Below, in pieces: positions 41,584 through 52,815 of a stretch of DNA of 61,961 nt (position 1 is the stretch's first letter; each line of letters starts with the position of its first letter). The notes under the pieces were generated by a model, which was given only the letters and a program-made list of their open reading frames with translations, did not search any database and had not been told where the DNA came from. The position numbers were made by a program, and so were the translations under genes. Source of the DNA: Clostridiales bacterium (lineage in GTDB: Bacteria > Bacillota > Clostridia > Christensenellales > UBA1242); contig SVIA01000006.1 in assembly GCA_015055535.1 (NCBI GenBank), forward strand, positions 1 through 61,961, read 5' to 3'.

Positions 41584-42302
41584 TATAAATAATTCCTTCT
41601 CTTTTTATATTCTATTTCACCATTTTCAAATTTTTCAATATAAGTAAGTGCTGCATTTATGTAAAGTAAGTGTGCTTCATTACTTTTTGTTAGTCCATTT
41701 ATTCTTTCATTTAATAATTCTAACTTTTGTTTTTCAGACAATAAATATTCTTTAAAAATATTTAAATTAAAGTCAAAATTGTCTTTTCCAAAATAAATTT
41801 CTAAAGGTTTTAAACTACATTTTCCTTTTGTCACTTTTAAAACATTATAAAAAATTCCATCTTCAAAAATTATAAAGTCATAAATAATTTTATATTTATT
41901 TGCAATTAAATATTCTCTTAATTTTGCTGTATCTCTCATAGGTTGTAAAATAAAATTTTTTAGTTTTAAAGTTTTATTTTCTAAAATTTTAATAATTTCC
42001 ATTCCGCCCATTCCAGAAATTACAGCCTGTTTAACTTTATCATGCTTATAAATAACTTTAAAGCCATCACCTTGTCTAAAACTTACATAATTATTAATAT
42101 TTAAAGAGTTACAAAATCTAATTGCCTTATCTAAACTCCTTGCACTAATATCTGTAGCAATAACTTTACTACATTTATTAGACAATATTAATTCTGCGGT
42201 AACATATCCATGATCACAACCAATATCTGCAATACATTTTACATTATCACAAAGTGCTACTATTTGTTCTAAACGTGCGCTTAAATTTAATAAAGTACCC
42301 AT
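41583..42302 (-). CDS. trmK: tRNA m1A22 methyltransferase
   Basis: ADIGCDHGY, SGMGG, ILQPM. Confidence 0.9.
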   Translation of the reverse strand: MGTLLNLSARLEQIVALCDNVKCIADIGCDHGYVTAELILSNKCSKVIATDISARSLDKAIRFCNSLNINNYVSFRQGDGFKVIYKHDKVKQAVISGMGGMEIIKILENKTLKLKNFILQPMRDTAKLREYLIANKYKIIYDFIIFEDGIFYNVLKVTKGKCSLKPLEIYFGKDNFDFNLNIFKEYLLSEKQKLELLNERINGLTKSNEAHLLYINAALTYIEKFENGEIEYKKRRNYL

Positions 42303-42312
42303 TTTTATCCTC

Positions 42313-43386
42313 CTAAAAGAAATCCTTTAACTTTTTACTTCTTGATGGATTTCTTAATTTACGTAAAGCTTTTGCTTCTATTTGTCTAATTCTTTCTCTT
42401 GTAACATTAAACTCTTGTCCAACTTGTTCTAATGTTTTTGGAAAACCGTCATCTAAACCATATCTCATTCTAACAACTTTTTGTTCTCTTGGAGTTAAAG
42501 TATCTATAACTGAAAGTAATTGCTCGCGAAGAAGTCTTCTGCTAGTTGCCTCAAACGGTGAAATTGTAGTATCATCTTCAATAATATCACCTAATCTACT
42601 ACTTTCACTTTCATCATTACCCATTGGTCCTTCTAGTGATAATGGCTCCATTTGAATTTTTCTAATTTCAGCAACTTTTTCCTCAGAAATTCCCATTTCT
42701 TTTGCAATTTCAGATAAACTTGGTTCTCTACCCAAACTTTGAGTTAAACTTTTTGTTGCTCTAACTAACTTATTAATGGTTTCAACCATATGAACAGGAA
42801 TACGAATTGTTCTAGCTTGATCTGCTATTGCTCTAGTTATATGTTGTCTAATCCACCAAGTAGCATAAGTAGAAAATCTAAATCCTTTAGTATGGTCAAA
42901 TTTTTCTACGGCTTTAAGTAGTCCTAAATTTCCTTCTTGAATTAAATCTAAAAATTGCAAACCATTTCTTCCAGAATGTTTTTTTGCAATTGAAACAACT
43001 AATCTTAAGTTACTTTCACAAAGTCTTTTTTTAGCGTTTTCATCACCTTGTTGCATTCTTTCTGCTAGTTCTACTTCTTCTTCTGGAGTAAGTAATGGAA
43101 CTTTACCAATATCTTTTAAGTAAATTTTAACAGGATCATCACTGGCAATATTTCGCATTAAGCTTTCTAACTGCTCAATATCAATTTCATTAACTTTAGC
43201 TTCGTCAGTATTTACAATAATTCCTTTTGATCTAATAATTTCTACAATTTCATCAATTTCTTGTGCTGTAATATCGTATTTAAAAAATTTTTGAACAACA
43301 TCTTCTTCCTTGTTTAATATATTATTTTTCTTTTTTGCTATTTCAATAATTTTTTTAATTTCTACTTCAAATTTATCGTTAATCAA
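42313..43386 (-). CDS. rpoD: Primary sigma factor SigA
   Basis: [35 protein letters not shown]. Confidence 0.96.
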   Translation of the reverse strand: MINDKFEVEIKKIIEIAKKKNNILNKEEDVVQKFFKYDITAQEIDEIVEIIRSKGIIVNTDEAKVNEIDIEQLESLMRNIASDDPVKIYLKDIGKVPLLTPEEEVELAERMQQGDENAKKRLCESNLRLVVSIAKKHSGRNGLQFLDLIQEGNLGLLKAVEKFDHTKGFRFSTYATWWIRQHITRAIADQARTIRIPVHMVETINKLVRATKSLTQSLGREPSLSEIAKEMGISEEKVAEIRKIQMEPLSLEGPMGNDESESSRLGDIIEDDTTISPFEATSRRLLREQLLSVIDTLTPREQKVVRMRYGLDDGFPKTLEQVGQEFNVTRERIRQIEAKALRKLRNPSRSKKLKDFF

Positions 43387-45157
43387 TTTTATCCTCCAAC
43401 TTTAATAAGTTAATTTCTTTTGTAATTTTTTGTAGTTTTATTGCAAACTCTTTTCTTTCTTCTAAAGTTTTTGCTTGCATCATTTGATTTGTATATAATG
43501 TTTGCTGCTTTGTTAGATTATCTAGTTTTAAAATTTTAACGCAATCATTAAAATATTTTGCATCAATTTCATCACCTTCAAACTTATAATTTATAATTTT
43601 ATTTAATTCTTTGTCATTACTATCTATTTCATCAAATAAAGCTCCAATAATTGGTTCCTTATTATTTTCATGACATAATTTTAAATATTCATAAATACTT
43701 TGAAAAGCAAATTCATTAAAACTATTAATTTCAATAAATTTAGCATAAGATTTTTTATGAAGCAAACTACTTAAAATAAATAATTGACTTTTATAAACAT
43801 TATCTGTTAAAACAGCTGGTATAAATTTTTCTTTAGATTTTATAATTTTATTTGGCATTTCCAAATTTAACAAATCTCTTTTTAAAACTTCTGTAGAAAC
43901 ACTACTAATTTCACGAATTAATTTTAAATAAACTTCTCGTTCACTATTAGATTTTATTTCTAAAACTATGTTTAAACATTCTTTTATAAATTTATTTAAT
44001 TCTAGTTTATCATTTAAATTATAGACATTAGATAAATTTCTTATTCTATATTCAAAACAATCTTTGGCATTTTTAATTTCATCTTGCATTTTTTGAATAC
44101 CAAATTTTTTTATGTATTCATCGGGATCTAAATTATCTTGTAAATTAACACAGTAAATATCAAATTCGCCATCTTTTTTTAAAGTTTCAATAGCTTTAAG
44201 TGTAGCTTTTTGTCCAGCACTATCACCATCAAAACAAAGCACAATTTTATTAGAAAATCTTTTTAATTCTTTCGCATGTTGTGGGGTTAGAGCTGTTCCC
44301 ATTGTAGCAACAGCGTTTGTAAAACCTGCATTATGCATACTTATTACATCCATTTGACCTTCAACAATAATAATTTCATTTAATTTTCCTTGATTTTTAA
44401 GTTCTTTTAAAAATTGAACTCCAAAAACCACTTTACTTTTATCAAATACTATAGTTTGTGGTGAATTTTTATATTTAGCGACCTCTTTATTTTCTTCTAA
44501 AATTCTAGAAGAAAAACCTATTACTTCATTAAAACTATTTTTAATTGGAAAGGTTAACCTATTAAACATAGTATCATAAAATTTACCATTTTTTTCGTTA
44601 AGTAGTCCAGCATTTTTCCCTATTTCATAAGAAATTTTATTATTTTTCAAAAAATCAACTAAACTTTTAAAATCTTTTGAATATCCAAGCTCAAATTTAT
44701 TAACAATTTCTTGGCTAAGACCTCGTTTTTTAATATAAGAATTAGGTATATTGCTATTTTTCAAATTGTTTATATAGTGACTATTTGCTAATTTTAAAGC
44801 ATTTAAGATTGTTTCTTTTTCTTTTTTCTTTTGTATTAAATTTTCATCAAATAAATTTTGTGGAAGTTCCATATTAGCATTTTCAGCAAGAATTTTAACA
44901 GCTTCCATAAAATCTACACTTTCCATTTCTTTTATAAAACTAATAACATCACCACTTTTGCCACAGCCAAAACAATGATAATATTGCTCGAAAGAATTTA
45001 CTGCAAAAGAAGGTGTTTTTTCATGATGAAAAGGACAACACCCCCAATAAGTGTTACCCTTCTCTTGTAAATGTACATATTTAGAAATAACTGAAACTAA
45101 ATCGTTATTATATTTTAGTCTCTCTAAAAAATCTGAATTATAGCCAAATTTTTGCAT
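43379..45157 (-). CDS. dnaG: DNA primase
   Basis: [37 protein letters not shown]. Confidence 0.96.
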   Translation of the reverse strand: MQKFGYNSDFLERLKYNNDLVSVISKYVHLQEKGNTYWGCCPFHHEKTPSFAVNSFEQYYHCFGCGKSGDVISFIKEMESVDFMEAVKILAENANMELPQNLFDENLIQKKKEKETILNALKLANSHYINNLKNSNIPNSYIKKRGLSQEIVNKFELGYSKDFKSLVDFLKNNKISYEIGKNAGLLNEKNGKFYDTMFNRLTFPIKNSFNEVIGFSSRILEENKEVAKYKNSPQTIVFDKSKVVFGVQFLKELKNQGKLNEIIIVEGQMDVISMHNAGFTNAVATMGTALTPQHAKELKRFSNKIVLCFDGDSAGQKATLKAIETLKKDGEFDIYCVNLQDNLDPDEYIKKFGIQKMQDEIKNAKDCFEYRIRNLSNVYNLNDKLELNKFIKECLNIVLEIKSNSEREVYLKLIREISSVSTEVLKRDLLNLEMPNKIIKSKEKFIPAVLTDNVYKSQLFILSSLLHKKSYAKFIEINSFNEFAFQSIYEYLKLCHENNKEPIIGALFDEIDSNDKELNKIINYKFEGDEIDAKYFNDCVKILKLDNLTKQQTLYTNQMMQAKTLEERKEFAIKLQKITKEINLLKLEDKID

Positions 45158-45281
45158 AATTTTATAAATTCCTCAATATACAATCTTATTATACCTAAAT
45201 TTTTTAAGAAATCCTTTTTTTTATGAAAAATTTTTTTAAATTATTTTTTAATAATAAAAAAATGCCAAAAATTAGCATTTT

Positions 45282-46280
45282 TTAAGTTAAATTAACAACT
45301 TTCATTAAATATTTGTTATCAGCAATAAGTTTACCAGCTCCGAGTATTACTGCGTTTTCGCAATCTTCACTAATTAAAATAGGAAGATTTAAATTTTTAG
45401 ACAAATAATTTTCTAGTCCTGTTAAATTTGCCATACTACCAGTTATAACAATGCCATTTATGGATAAATCTGAAACTATATCTGGATTAGCTGAATTTAT
45501 TAAAACTTTTATAGCCATATAAACTTTTTGAAAATAAAATTCAAGTGTATCTCTAAGTTGCGATGCTTCTATAACTTCAGTTCTTGGCCCTTTTGTATTT
45601 ATATCTACCCCACTAAATTCTGTGTTAGTTAAATCGTGAACAAACAAACTTCCTGCTTCAATTTTAATTTTTTCAGCAACTTGACTAGATATTTGCATAT
45701 CTAAAAATTGTTCCACATAAAGTTTAATTGCTTCATCAATTTTATTTCCACCAAAACAAAGCGAATAACCATTTAAAATTGAACTTAAACTACATATAGC
45801 CATATCAATTGTTCCAGCACCTAAATTTAAACTTAAAATTCCACTTGCTTTATCTATATTTACATTTGCGCCAAGCAATGCAGTTAATACACTAGGAACA
45901 AGATTTACTTTACCAGCACCAAGTTTTAAGCCCAAATTTTTAAAAGCTAAAATTTCTTCTTCTGTTAATCCACAAGGAACAGTAAAAACTAAATCAAATT
46001 TTTCATTACTAAATAAAACTTTATTAAAAAAATATGTAAGCAATTCTTCCGCTAAAGATAAATTAACAATAACTCCATTTTCAACTGGAGAAATAAAATT
46101 TGTATCACTATTAGTTTTGTTAAGCATTTTTTTTGCATTTAAACCGAATTCTACTATACTAGCTTCTACTTCTGATTCATTAACAGCAACTAAAGTTGGT
46201 TCTTTTAAAACCAATCCAACTTGCTTTTTATAAATACTAGTAAAATTCGAACCAAAATCAACGGCTAAAACTGTTTTCAT
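45282..46280 (-). CDS. Divergent MreB/Mbl-family actin homologue
   Basis: DFGS, EPTLVA, GGNKIDEAI, AEKIKIE, VILGAG. Confidence 0.85.
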   Translation of the reverse strand: MKTVLAVDFGSNFTSIYKKQVGLVLKEPTLVAVNESEVEASIVEFGLNAKKMLNKTNSDTNFISPVENGVIVNLSLAEELLTYFFNKVLFSNEKFDLVFTVPCGLTEEEILAFKNLGLKLGAGKVNLVPSVLTALLGANVNIDKASGILSLNLGAGTIDMAICSLSSILNGYSLCFGGNKIDEAIKLYVEQFLDMQISSQVAEKIKIEAGSLFVHDLTNTEFSGVDINTKGPRTEVIEASQLRDTLEFYFQKVYMAIKVLINSANPDIVSDLSINGIVITGSMANLTGLENYLSKNLNLPILISEDCENAVILGAGKLIADNKYLMKVVNLT

Positions 46281-46333
46281 AAGTAACTCCTAATATCATT
46301 ATACCAAATAAACAGAAAGTTTACAAATATTTT

Positions 46334-47473
46334 TTAAATTTTATCATTAATATGAATAATTCCATATCCTTCTAAATTGTGATTTTTAGTTAGACTTTCA
46401 CAATTGTTTAATAAAATATATTTAACCTGATTTGGAGTAATTTTAGGATATTTTTCTATTAATAATGCACAAACACCAGCTACAATTGGAGTTGCTACAC
46501 TTGTTCCACTCATTTTTGTATAAAATGAAGTATCATTTTTTAAACCTTTTATATTTACACCATTTGCTAAACAATCTGGTTTATAATAATTAAAAGCCGG
46601 CCCTCTTGAAGAAAATTCTGCAACTTCAAATAAATTTTTATCGTATTTATCATCTTCTGTTCTATTGTCATTTAATGCACCAACTGTTATTATTTTATTT
46701 GAAATTCCTGGACTTTTTATTGTTTCATTCATTGGCCCTGAATTCCCAGCAGCCGCAACCACAACAACGCCACTATTCCAAAGTCTTTCAGCACCTTTAA
46801 TTAAAGGGTCATTATTATTAAGTGGAGTTGCGCCAAAACTCATACAAACTACTTTAATATTATATTTTTCTTTATTATCATAAATCCACTGCATAGCTTC
46901 TAATATTGTAAAAGCTCCAGTTTCGCCATTTTTATCTAAAGCTTTTAAACTAATTAAATTACTCTTTGGAGCTACCCCCTTATATTTATTATTTAATGTG
47001 CCATTGCCACCAATAACACCTGCAACAAAAGTACCATGGCCATTATCATCATATGCATATTCTTGGTTATTAATAAAATCTTTAAAATAAATTATTTTAT
47101 TTTTAGGGCAAATAAAATCTATATGAGGGTAAATTCCAGTATCAATTACTGCTATTGTAACATCTTTTCCAAAAATATTTTGTTTATATAAACAATCAAT
47201 ATCTAAAATTTCTTTAGAAACATCAATTTGCATAGAAACTTTTGTTACACTAGTAATATAATTTACATGATAAAGATTAGCAAGTGATAACAATTTTTCT
47301 TTTTCTAACTTTAAACCAAAAGCCTTTATAAATGGAAATTCTTTATATTTAAAATTTTGCAAATATTTTTTTGTTAAAAAAAAATTATTGGAATAAATTA
47401 AGCATTCTATACTTTTATTATTATTGTTTAAAAGTTCTACTTCTTTAATTAAATTTGGGTCAATTTTATTCAT
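46334..47473 (-). CDS. S8 subtilase (AprX-like)
   Basis: IDTGI, HGTFVAG, AAGNSG, SGTSVATP. Confidence 0.92.
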   Translation of the reverse strand: MNKIDPNLIKEVELLNNNNKSIECLIYSNNFFLTKKYLQNFKYKEFPFIKAFGLKLEKEKLLSLANLYHVNYITSVTKVSMQIDVSKEILDIDCLYKQNIFGKDVTIAVIDTGIYPHIDFICPKNKIIYFKDFINNQEYAYDDNGHGTFVAGVIGGNGTLNNKYKGVAPKSNLISLKALDKNGETGAFTILEAMQWIYDNKEKYNIKVVCMSFGATPLNNNDPLIKGAERLWNSGVVVVAAAGNSGPMNETIKSPGISNKIITVGALNDNRTEDDKYDKNLFEVAEFSSRGPAFNYYKPDCLANGVNIKGLKNDTSFYTKMSGTSVATPIVAGVCALLIEKYPKITPNQVKYILLNNCESLTKNHNLEGYGIIHINDKI

Positions 47474-47475
47474 AG

Positions 47476-47754
47476 TTAACCTATAATTTCTATTAATTTT
47501 TTTAAGTTTTCTTTTTCTTTTTCGTTCATAAGTGGAGAAATAGTATTATAAATATTATTTAATTGAGACTTACTCAAATTACCTTTTGCTTTTTGCTCGC
47601 CTGCCACCTTTATTAATTCACTATATAATTCTTCACTGCTTTTGTTTTTATATTTATTTAATAATTCATCATAACTATTTCCATGTATTTTATTTTCCAT
47701 AGTTTTGGCCTTTTTTATGTTATCTTCATTTTTGCAAAAATCCTCAAAATTCAT
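47476..47754 (-). CDS. Hypothetical helical protein, possibly sporulation related
   Basis: AGGAG RBS, CATATAT box upstream, coupled to the S8 gene. Confidence 0.7.
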   Translation of the reverse strand: MNFEDFCKNEDNIKKAKTMENKIHGNSYDELLNKYKNKSSEELYSELIKVAGEQKAKGNLSKSQLNNIYNTISPLMNEKEKENLKKLIEIIG

Positions 47755-47827
47755 TATTATTCTCCTTTTTTGTTTCTAAATATATATATGAAAGCATATA
47801 TTATAATGATAATAAGAGGAGTTAAAA

Positions 47828-48280
47828 ATGAATAATTTTAATAAAAAACAAATAAATCCAATAGTAGAAACAATGAATAAAAATTACATAAATACTTATA
47901 AAAATTTTAATAATCAAAATATAAAAAATGAAACTTATGAAAATAAAAATATAGAAAATGAAATAGAAAATAATAATATTAAAAACAATAATCAAAACAC
48001 AGAAACAACTAACCAATCAAACAATTTAATTAATATATTAACTATGCTAAATAATAATCCAAACTTTAAAAACATACTTCCACTACTAAACTCTAATGGA
48101 AATTATATGGACTTAATTAAAAATATAAGCGGCAATACTGGAAATTTAAACAAAAATGAGCTAATAATGAATTTACTATCAAACATGAATAAAAACAATA
48201 ATCAAGTAAATTCTTTAAACCAAGAAAACAGTAATTTTTCTAATTTTAAAAGTATTGAAGATTATGAAATTTTAGATTAA
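47828..48280 (+). CDS. Asn-rich low-complexity hypothetical protein
   Basis: GAGGAG RBS; terminator follows. Confidence 0.65.
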   Translation: MNNFNKKQINPIVETMNKNYINTYKNFNNQNIKNETYENKNIENEIENNNIKNNNQNTETTNQSNNLINILTMLNNNPNFKNILPLLNSNGNYMDLIKNISGNTGNLNKNELIMNLLSNMNKNNNQVNSLNQENSNFSNFKSIEDYEILD

Positions 48281-48317
48281 AAAACATCAACCACATTTAA
48301 TTTGGTTGATATTTTTT
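48281..48317. terminator. Bidirectional terminator
   Basis: ATCAACCA...TGGTTGAT hairpin between convergent genes. Confidence 0.7.
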
Positions 48318-48334
48318 ATTATAATTTCTATTAA

Positions 48335-49717
48335 TTAAAATTGAATGTTTTTTAATACAAAATCTTTAACTTCATCTATTGATAATGTAATTTGTTCCAT
48401 ACTATCTCTAAAACGAATTGTTACTGTGTTATTATTTATTGTATTATCGTCTACTGTTAAACAAAATGGTGTTCCAATTTCATCTTGTCTACGATATCTT
48501 TTACCAATTGAACCACTTTCATCATAATCACACATAAAATGCTTACTTAATTCTTTATATATTTCATTAGCTTTATCACCATGATCTCTTTTCATAAGAG
48601 GAAGTATTGCAAGTTTATTAGCAGCTAAACTTGGGTGTAATTTTAATACTACCCTTGTTTCGTTTTCAAGTTTTTCTTCGTTATAAGCTTCGCAAAGCAC
48701 TGCTAACATTAATCTATCTGCTCCAATAGAATACTCTACAACGTAAGGTATATATTTTTCATTTGTAACTGGGTCCATATAAAGCATAGATTTATTAGAA
48801 TATTCTTGGTGACGAGATAAGTCATGATTTGTTCTGTTATGTATACCATTTAATTCTTCCCAACCCATTGGATACTTAAATTGAATATCACACGCCGCTT
48901 TTGCATAGAATGCCAACTTATCATGATCTTTATATCTTAAATGTTCTCTATTAAAGCCAAGTCTTACCAAATAATCCATTGCTTTTTGTTTATATTCTTC
49001 ATAAAACTCAACATCTTGTCCTTCCTTACAAAATAATTGATGTTCCATTTGTTCAAATTCAATAGTTCTAAAAATAAAGTTACCCGGAGTCACTTCGTTT
49101 CTAAAGGCTTTACCAATTTGAGCAATTGAAAAAGGAACTTTCGCACGCATACTTCTTTGAACGTTTAAAAAGTTAACAAATTCTCCTTGTGCTGTTTCTG
49201 GGCGAAGATATATTTTATTTTGATTATCTTCAGTAACCCCTCTACTTGTTTCAAACATTAAATTAAATTGACGTATATTTGTAAAATTATGTTTTCCGCA
49301 TTTTGGACAATTTATTTTATGGTCATCTATAAATTTTTCCATTTCTTCATTTGTCATTTTATCTGGACAAACATCTATATTATGTTTTTTAGCATATTCT
49401 TCTATTAAATTATCTGCTCTACTTCTTGCTTTACATTCTTTACAATCCATTTTAGGGTCAGAAAAAGAAGCAGTATGACCACTAGCATCCCAAACACGAG
49501 AATTCATTAAAATAGCTGCGTCTACTCCGTAAGCATTTTTGTTTTCTTGTACAAACATTTTCCACCAAGCTCTTTTAATATTATTCTTAATTTCTACGCC
49601 TATTGGACCATAATCCCAAGTATTTCCCATTCCGCCATATATTTCACTTCCAGCAAAAATAATACCACGATTTTTACATAAATTTACTATTTTTTCCATT
49701 GTTGGATTATTTTCCAT
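48335..49717 (-). CDS. glyQS: Glycine--tRNA ligase (alpha2 type)
   Basis: WDYGP, LRPETAQG, FRNE, EFEQME, SIGKRYRRQDEIG. Confidence 0.95.
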   Translation of the reverse strand: MENNPTMEKIVNLCKNRGIIFAGSEIYGGMGNTWDYGPIGVEIKNNIKRAWWKMFVQENKNAYGVDAAILMNSRVWDASGHTASFSDPKMDCKECKARSRADNLIEEYAKKHNIDVCPDKMTNEEMEKFIDDHKINCPKCGKHNFTNIRQFNLMFETSRGVTEDNQNKIYLRPETAQGEFVNFLNVQRSMRAKVPFSIAQIGKAFRNEVTPGNFIFRTIEFEQMEHQLFCKEGQDVEFYEEYKQKAMDYLVRLGFNREHLRYKDHDKLAFYAKAACDIQFKYPMGWEELNGIHNRTNHDLSRHQEYSNKSMLYMDPVTNEKYIPYVVEYSIGADRLMLAVLCEAYNEEKLENETRVVLKLHPSLAANKLAILPLMKRDHGDKANEIYKELSKHFMCDYDESGSIGKRYRRQDEIGTPFCLTVDDNTINNNTVTIRFRDSMEQITLSIDEVKDFVLKNIQF

Positions 49718-49849
49718 AATTTCTCCTACTCTTTAATTTTATAACATATAGATTATAAAGTTTTACAAAAATTAAGTCAAACAAATAACATAAAATAAAA
49801 ATACTAAAATTTTATTGAATAATAACAATATTTTTGCTATAATAAACAT

Positions 49850-50671
49850 ATGAAAAATGAAAATAAAAAAATAATAGCAATATGTTACGATTTTGATAAA
49901 ACATTATCTCCTTCTGATTCTAGTTTTGATTTTGGTTATTTTGATAAATTAAACATAAATAATATGGATTTTTGGAATGAAATTAATGCACATGAAACAT
50001 TAAAAAAAGTTGATAGTACATCTGCATACTTATACTATACATTACAAAAAGCAAAAGATCTAAACAAAGAGTTAACTTATCAAGATTTTTTAGATTATGG
50101 TAAAAATGCTTGGTTCTACAATGGCGTTGAACAATGGTTTAATAGAATTAATAAATATGCAAAAAAACAAGGCTACAAAATTGAACATTATATAATTAGT
50201 AGTGGAGTAAAAGAAGTTTTATCTAATACTAAAATTGCAAAATATTTTAAAAAGATATATGCTTCAAGTTATATTTATGATGATAATAATCATCCAATTT
50301 GGCCAGCTTATATTGTAAATTATACAAACAAAACTCAATATTTATATAGAATTAAGAAAAATATTTTAGAAGAAAGTGATGAACGTGTTAATGAACGATT
50401 AATGGGTAATAATGTACATATTCCTTTTGAAAATATGATTTATATAGGCGATAGTTTAACTGATATTCCTTGTATGAGTATTATTTATAAACGAGGTGGA
50501 ACTTCGATTGGTGTTTATGACGAAATACCCTCTCACAAAGATTTAGTTTTAAAATTATATAGAAATAAACGAATTAATTATTATGCGTTTGCTGATTACA
50601 GTGAAAATTCAGAGCTAGATAATATAGTTAAAAATGCTATCGACACAATAATAAAAAGAGACAATATATAA
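49850..50671 (+). CDS. HAD-superfamily hydrolase
   Basis: YDFDKTL, ISSG, YIGDSLTD. Confidence 0.88.
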   Translation: MKNENKKIIAICYDFDKTLSPSDSSFDFGYFDKLNINNMDFWNEINAHETLKKVDSTSAYLYYTLQKAKDLNKELTYQDFLDYGKNAWFYNGVEQWFNRINKYAKKQGYKIEHYIISSGVKEVLSNTKIAKYFKKIYASSYIYDDNNHPIWPAYIVNYTNKTQYLYRIKKNILEESDERVNERLMGNNVHIPFENMIYIGDSLTDIPCMSIIYKRGGTSIGVYDEIPSHKDLVLKLYRNKRINYYAFADYSENSELDNIVKNAIDTIIKRDNI

Positions 50672-50758
50672 GAATGTAAATAAATATACGTGCATTTGAA
50701 TAAATATGCATAAAAATTTATAAAAAAAACTTATTTTTTTAAATAAGTTTTTTATTTT

Positions 50759-51580
50759 TTAAATATTTATTTTAATAAAGTTTAATACATTTTCTATGTT
50801 TTCTACTTCTTTAAATTTTACATTTTTAAAAATCAATTGTTTGGTAACATTTTTATTTACTAAAATACCTGCTAAATATTTTTCTAAATTATTTTTTAAT
50901 ATAAAGTCTTGTCCATTAAAATACACTTTAATAGGTTTAAATGATTTATTATTAATTAATTTATTAGTGTATTTATCTAATTTTTTAAGATTAATATTAA
51001 CAATTTTTTTACAAGGTTTTATATATTCATAAAATACTTTATTATTATTTATTACAGCATTAATTAAATTATAAGATTTATCAAAATTTTTATTATGAAT
51101 TAAAAAGTTATATTTTTTTATATAAGACGCTTCATACTGAAATCTTTTTAATCTTCTGTTAATATCTTCTTTTTTATCGCCTCTATTAATAAGACGCTTT
51201 CTCAATTCGCCTTTTGAAACTTTTAAATACACTGTTTCTACATTTTTATCTTTTAAATTATCTTTTAAATTAAATGTTCCTTCAACCCCAATATCTTTAA
51301 TTAAAGAATAATTTTTATTTAATAAGTCTAAACAAAGGTTTTTTTCTACTCCATAAAAATTTTCATGAATTAATTCATGTTCATAAAAATCACCATTTTT
51401 AATTTTCTTTTGAAAATCTTCTTTTGTAATAAAATGATATGGGTCTCCTTCTATTTCTCCTGGTCTTTTTTCTCTTGAGGTAAAAGTTGTAATATATTTT
51501 AAATTTTCATTATTTTTAACAAGTTCTTTAATTAATGTATTTTTTCCGCTACATGAACTTCCTGATAATAGTAAAATCAT
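50759..51580 (-). CDS. gmk: Guanylate kinase with a C-terminal extension of about 95 aa
   Basis: GSSCSGKNT, TSREKRPGE, YHF, NFYG. Confidence 0.85.
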   Translation of the reverse strand: MILLLSGSSCSGKNTLIKELVKNNENLKYITTFTSREKRPGEIEGDPYHFITKEDFQKKIKNGDFYEHELIHENFYGVEKNLCLDLLNKNYSLIKDIGVEGTFNLKDNLKDKNVETVYLKVSKGELRKRLINRGDKKEDINRRLKRFQYEASYIKKYNFLIHNKNFDKSYNLINAVINNNKVFYEYIKPCKKIVNINLKKLDKYTNKLINNKSFKPIKVYFNGQDFILKNNLEKYLAGILVNKNVTKQLIFKNVKFKEVENIENVLNFIKINI

Positions 51581-52155
51581 TATTTTGTCTCCATTTCTTT
51601 AAGTTTTTTCATTTCTAATTCTAATTTTTCTATAACAATTTTCATATTTTCTTTGTTATATTCTAAATCAAATTCCAATGCTTTACCAATAACTAAAGTA
51701 TTTCTTCTAAATATTTTATTTCTTTTTAAATAAACCATTGGTATTATTGGTGCTTTTGTTTTTAAACAAAACATTGCAACACCATTTTTTAAGCCTTCTA
51801 TATCTTCGCTACTTGTTCTCGTTCCTTCTGGAAAGACTAATAAATTATTATTGTCATTTAAAACATTTATACATTTTTTTATACTTGAAATTTCCGGCTT
51901 TTTTCTATCTATGGGAATAGTCCTCATGCTTTTAAAAAACCAAGACCAAAATTTATTTTTAAAAAGTTCTTTTTTACCTAAAACGTAAGTTTTTGCTTTA
52001 CCCAAATAAAAGATAGGTATAAAATCCCAATTAGTTTGGTGATTACAGCAAAGTATTGCCTTACCTTTTATTAAATTTTCTTTGCCAACTTTTTTAATTG
52101 GTAACATTAATTTAAGTGGCAGCCAACAAAGTATATAAAGTAACCTATATAACAT
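51580..52155 (-). CDS. plsC: 1-acyl-glycerol-3-phosphate acyltransferase
   Basis: NHQTNWD, FPEGTR. Confidence 0.92.
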   Translation of the reverse strand: MLYRLLYILCWLPLKLMLPIKKVGKENLIKGKAILCCNHQTNWDFIPIFYLGKAKTYVLGKKELFKNKFWSWFFKSMRTIPIDRKKPEISSIKKCINVLNDNNNLLVFPEGTRTSSEDIEGLKNGVAMFCLKTKAPIIPMVYLKRNKIFRRNTLVIGKALEFDLEYNKENMKIVIEKLELEMKKLKEMETK

Positions 52156-52162
52156 AAAACTC

Positions 52163-52807
52163 CTAATTTTCTTTAATGTAATTTAAAATTTTATCTACCG
52201 TTTCTTCAAGCGTTAGATTTGAACTATTAATTAATATTGCATCTTTTGTTTTGATTAAAGGACTTATATCTCTATTTACATCTCTCTCATCACGCGTTTT
52301 AATATCTTGTTCAATTTTTCTTAATGGTATTTTTTTCTTATAATCTAAATATCTTCTTTTTGCTCTAGCTTTAATGCTTGCCGTTATAAAAAATTTATAT
52401 TTGCTATTTGGAAGAACAACACTTGCTATATCTCTTCCATCAATAATAATATTTTGGTTTTCTGAAACATTAATTTGAATCTCTTTAACAAATTCTCTTA
52501 CCGCTTTATTTTGTGAAATTATTGATGATAAAGTTGAAATTTCATTAGTTTGTAATTTATCGGTTATATCTTCATTATTTAAAAAAATTAATTGATGAAA
52601 ATTTTTAAATTTAACTTTTATTTCTATTTGGTTTAAATAATTTTCTACTAAGTTTTCATTAATATTGTTTTGTATTAAATAATAAGCAATTGCTCTATAT
52701 AGAGCACCACTAGATAAATGATTAATGTTTAATTTTTTTGCTAACAGTTTGCTTACGCTGCTTTTACCGCTGGCACTTGGCCCATCTATAGCAATAGAAT
52801 AATACAT
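52163..52807 (-). CDS. cmk: Cytidylate kinase
   Basis: IDGPSASGKS, GALYRA, DGRDI, RDERD. Confidence 0.95.
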   Translation of the reverse strand: MYYSIAIDGPSASGKSSVSKLLAKKLNINHLSSGALYRAIAYYLIQNNINENLVENYLNQIEIKVKFKNFHQLIFLNNEDITDKLQTNEISTLSSIISQNKAVREFVKEIQINVSENQNIIIDGRDIASVVLPNSKYKFFITASIKARAKRRYLDYKKKIPLRKIEQDIKTRDERDVNRDISPLIKTKDAILINSSNLTLEETVDKILNYIKEN

Positions 52808-52815
52808 AATTCCTC

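Noticed and set aside
47828-48280. AAT-rich stretch as a DGR template repeat or repeat array
   Set aside because: It lacks the TGGTTGCGT and GGCGTTCGTCC anchors of the candidate variable region and has no regular period; it reads as an Asn-rich ORF with an RBS
49718-49849. T-box leader upstream of glyQS
   Set aside because: The interval is short, shared with a divergent promoter, and has no T-box consensus
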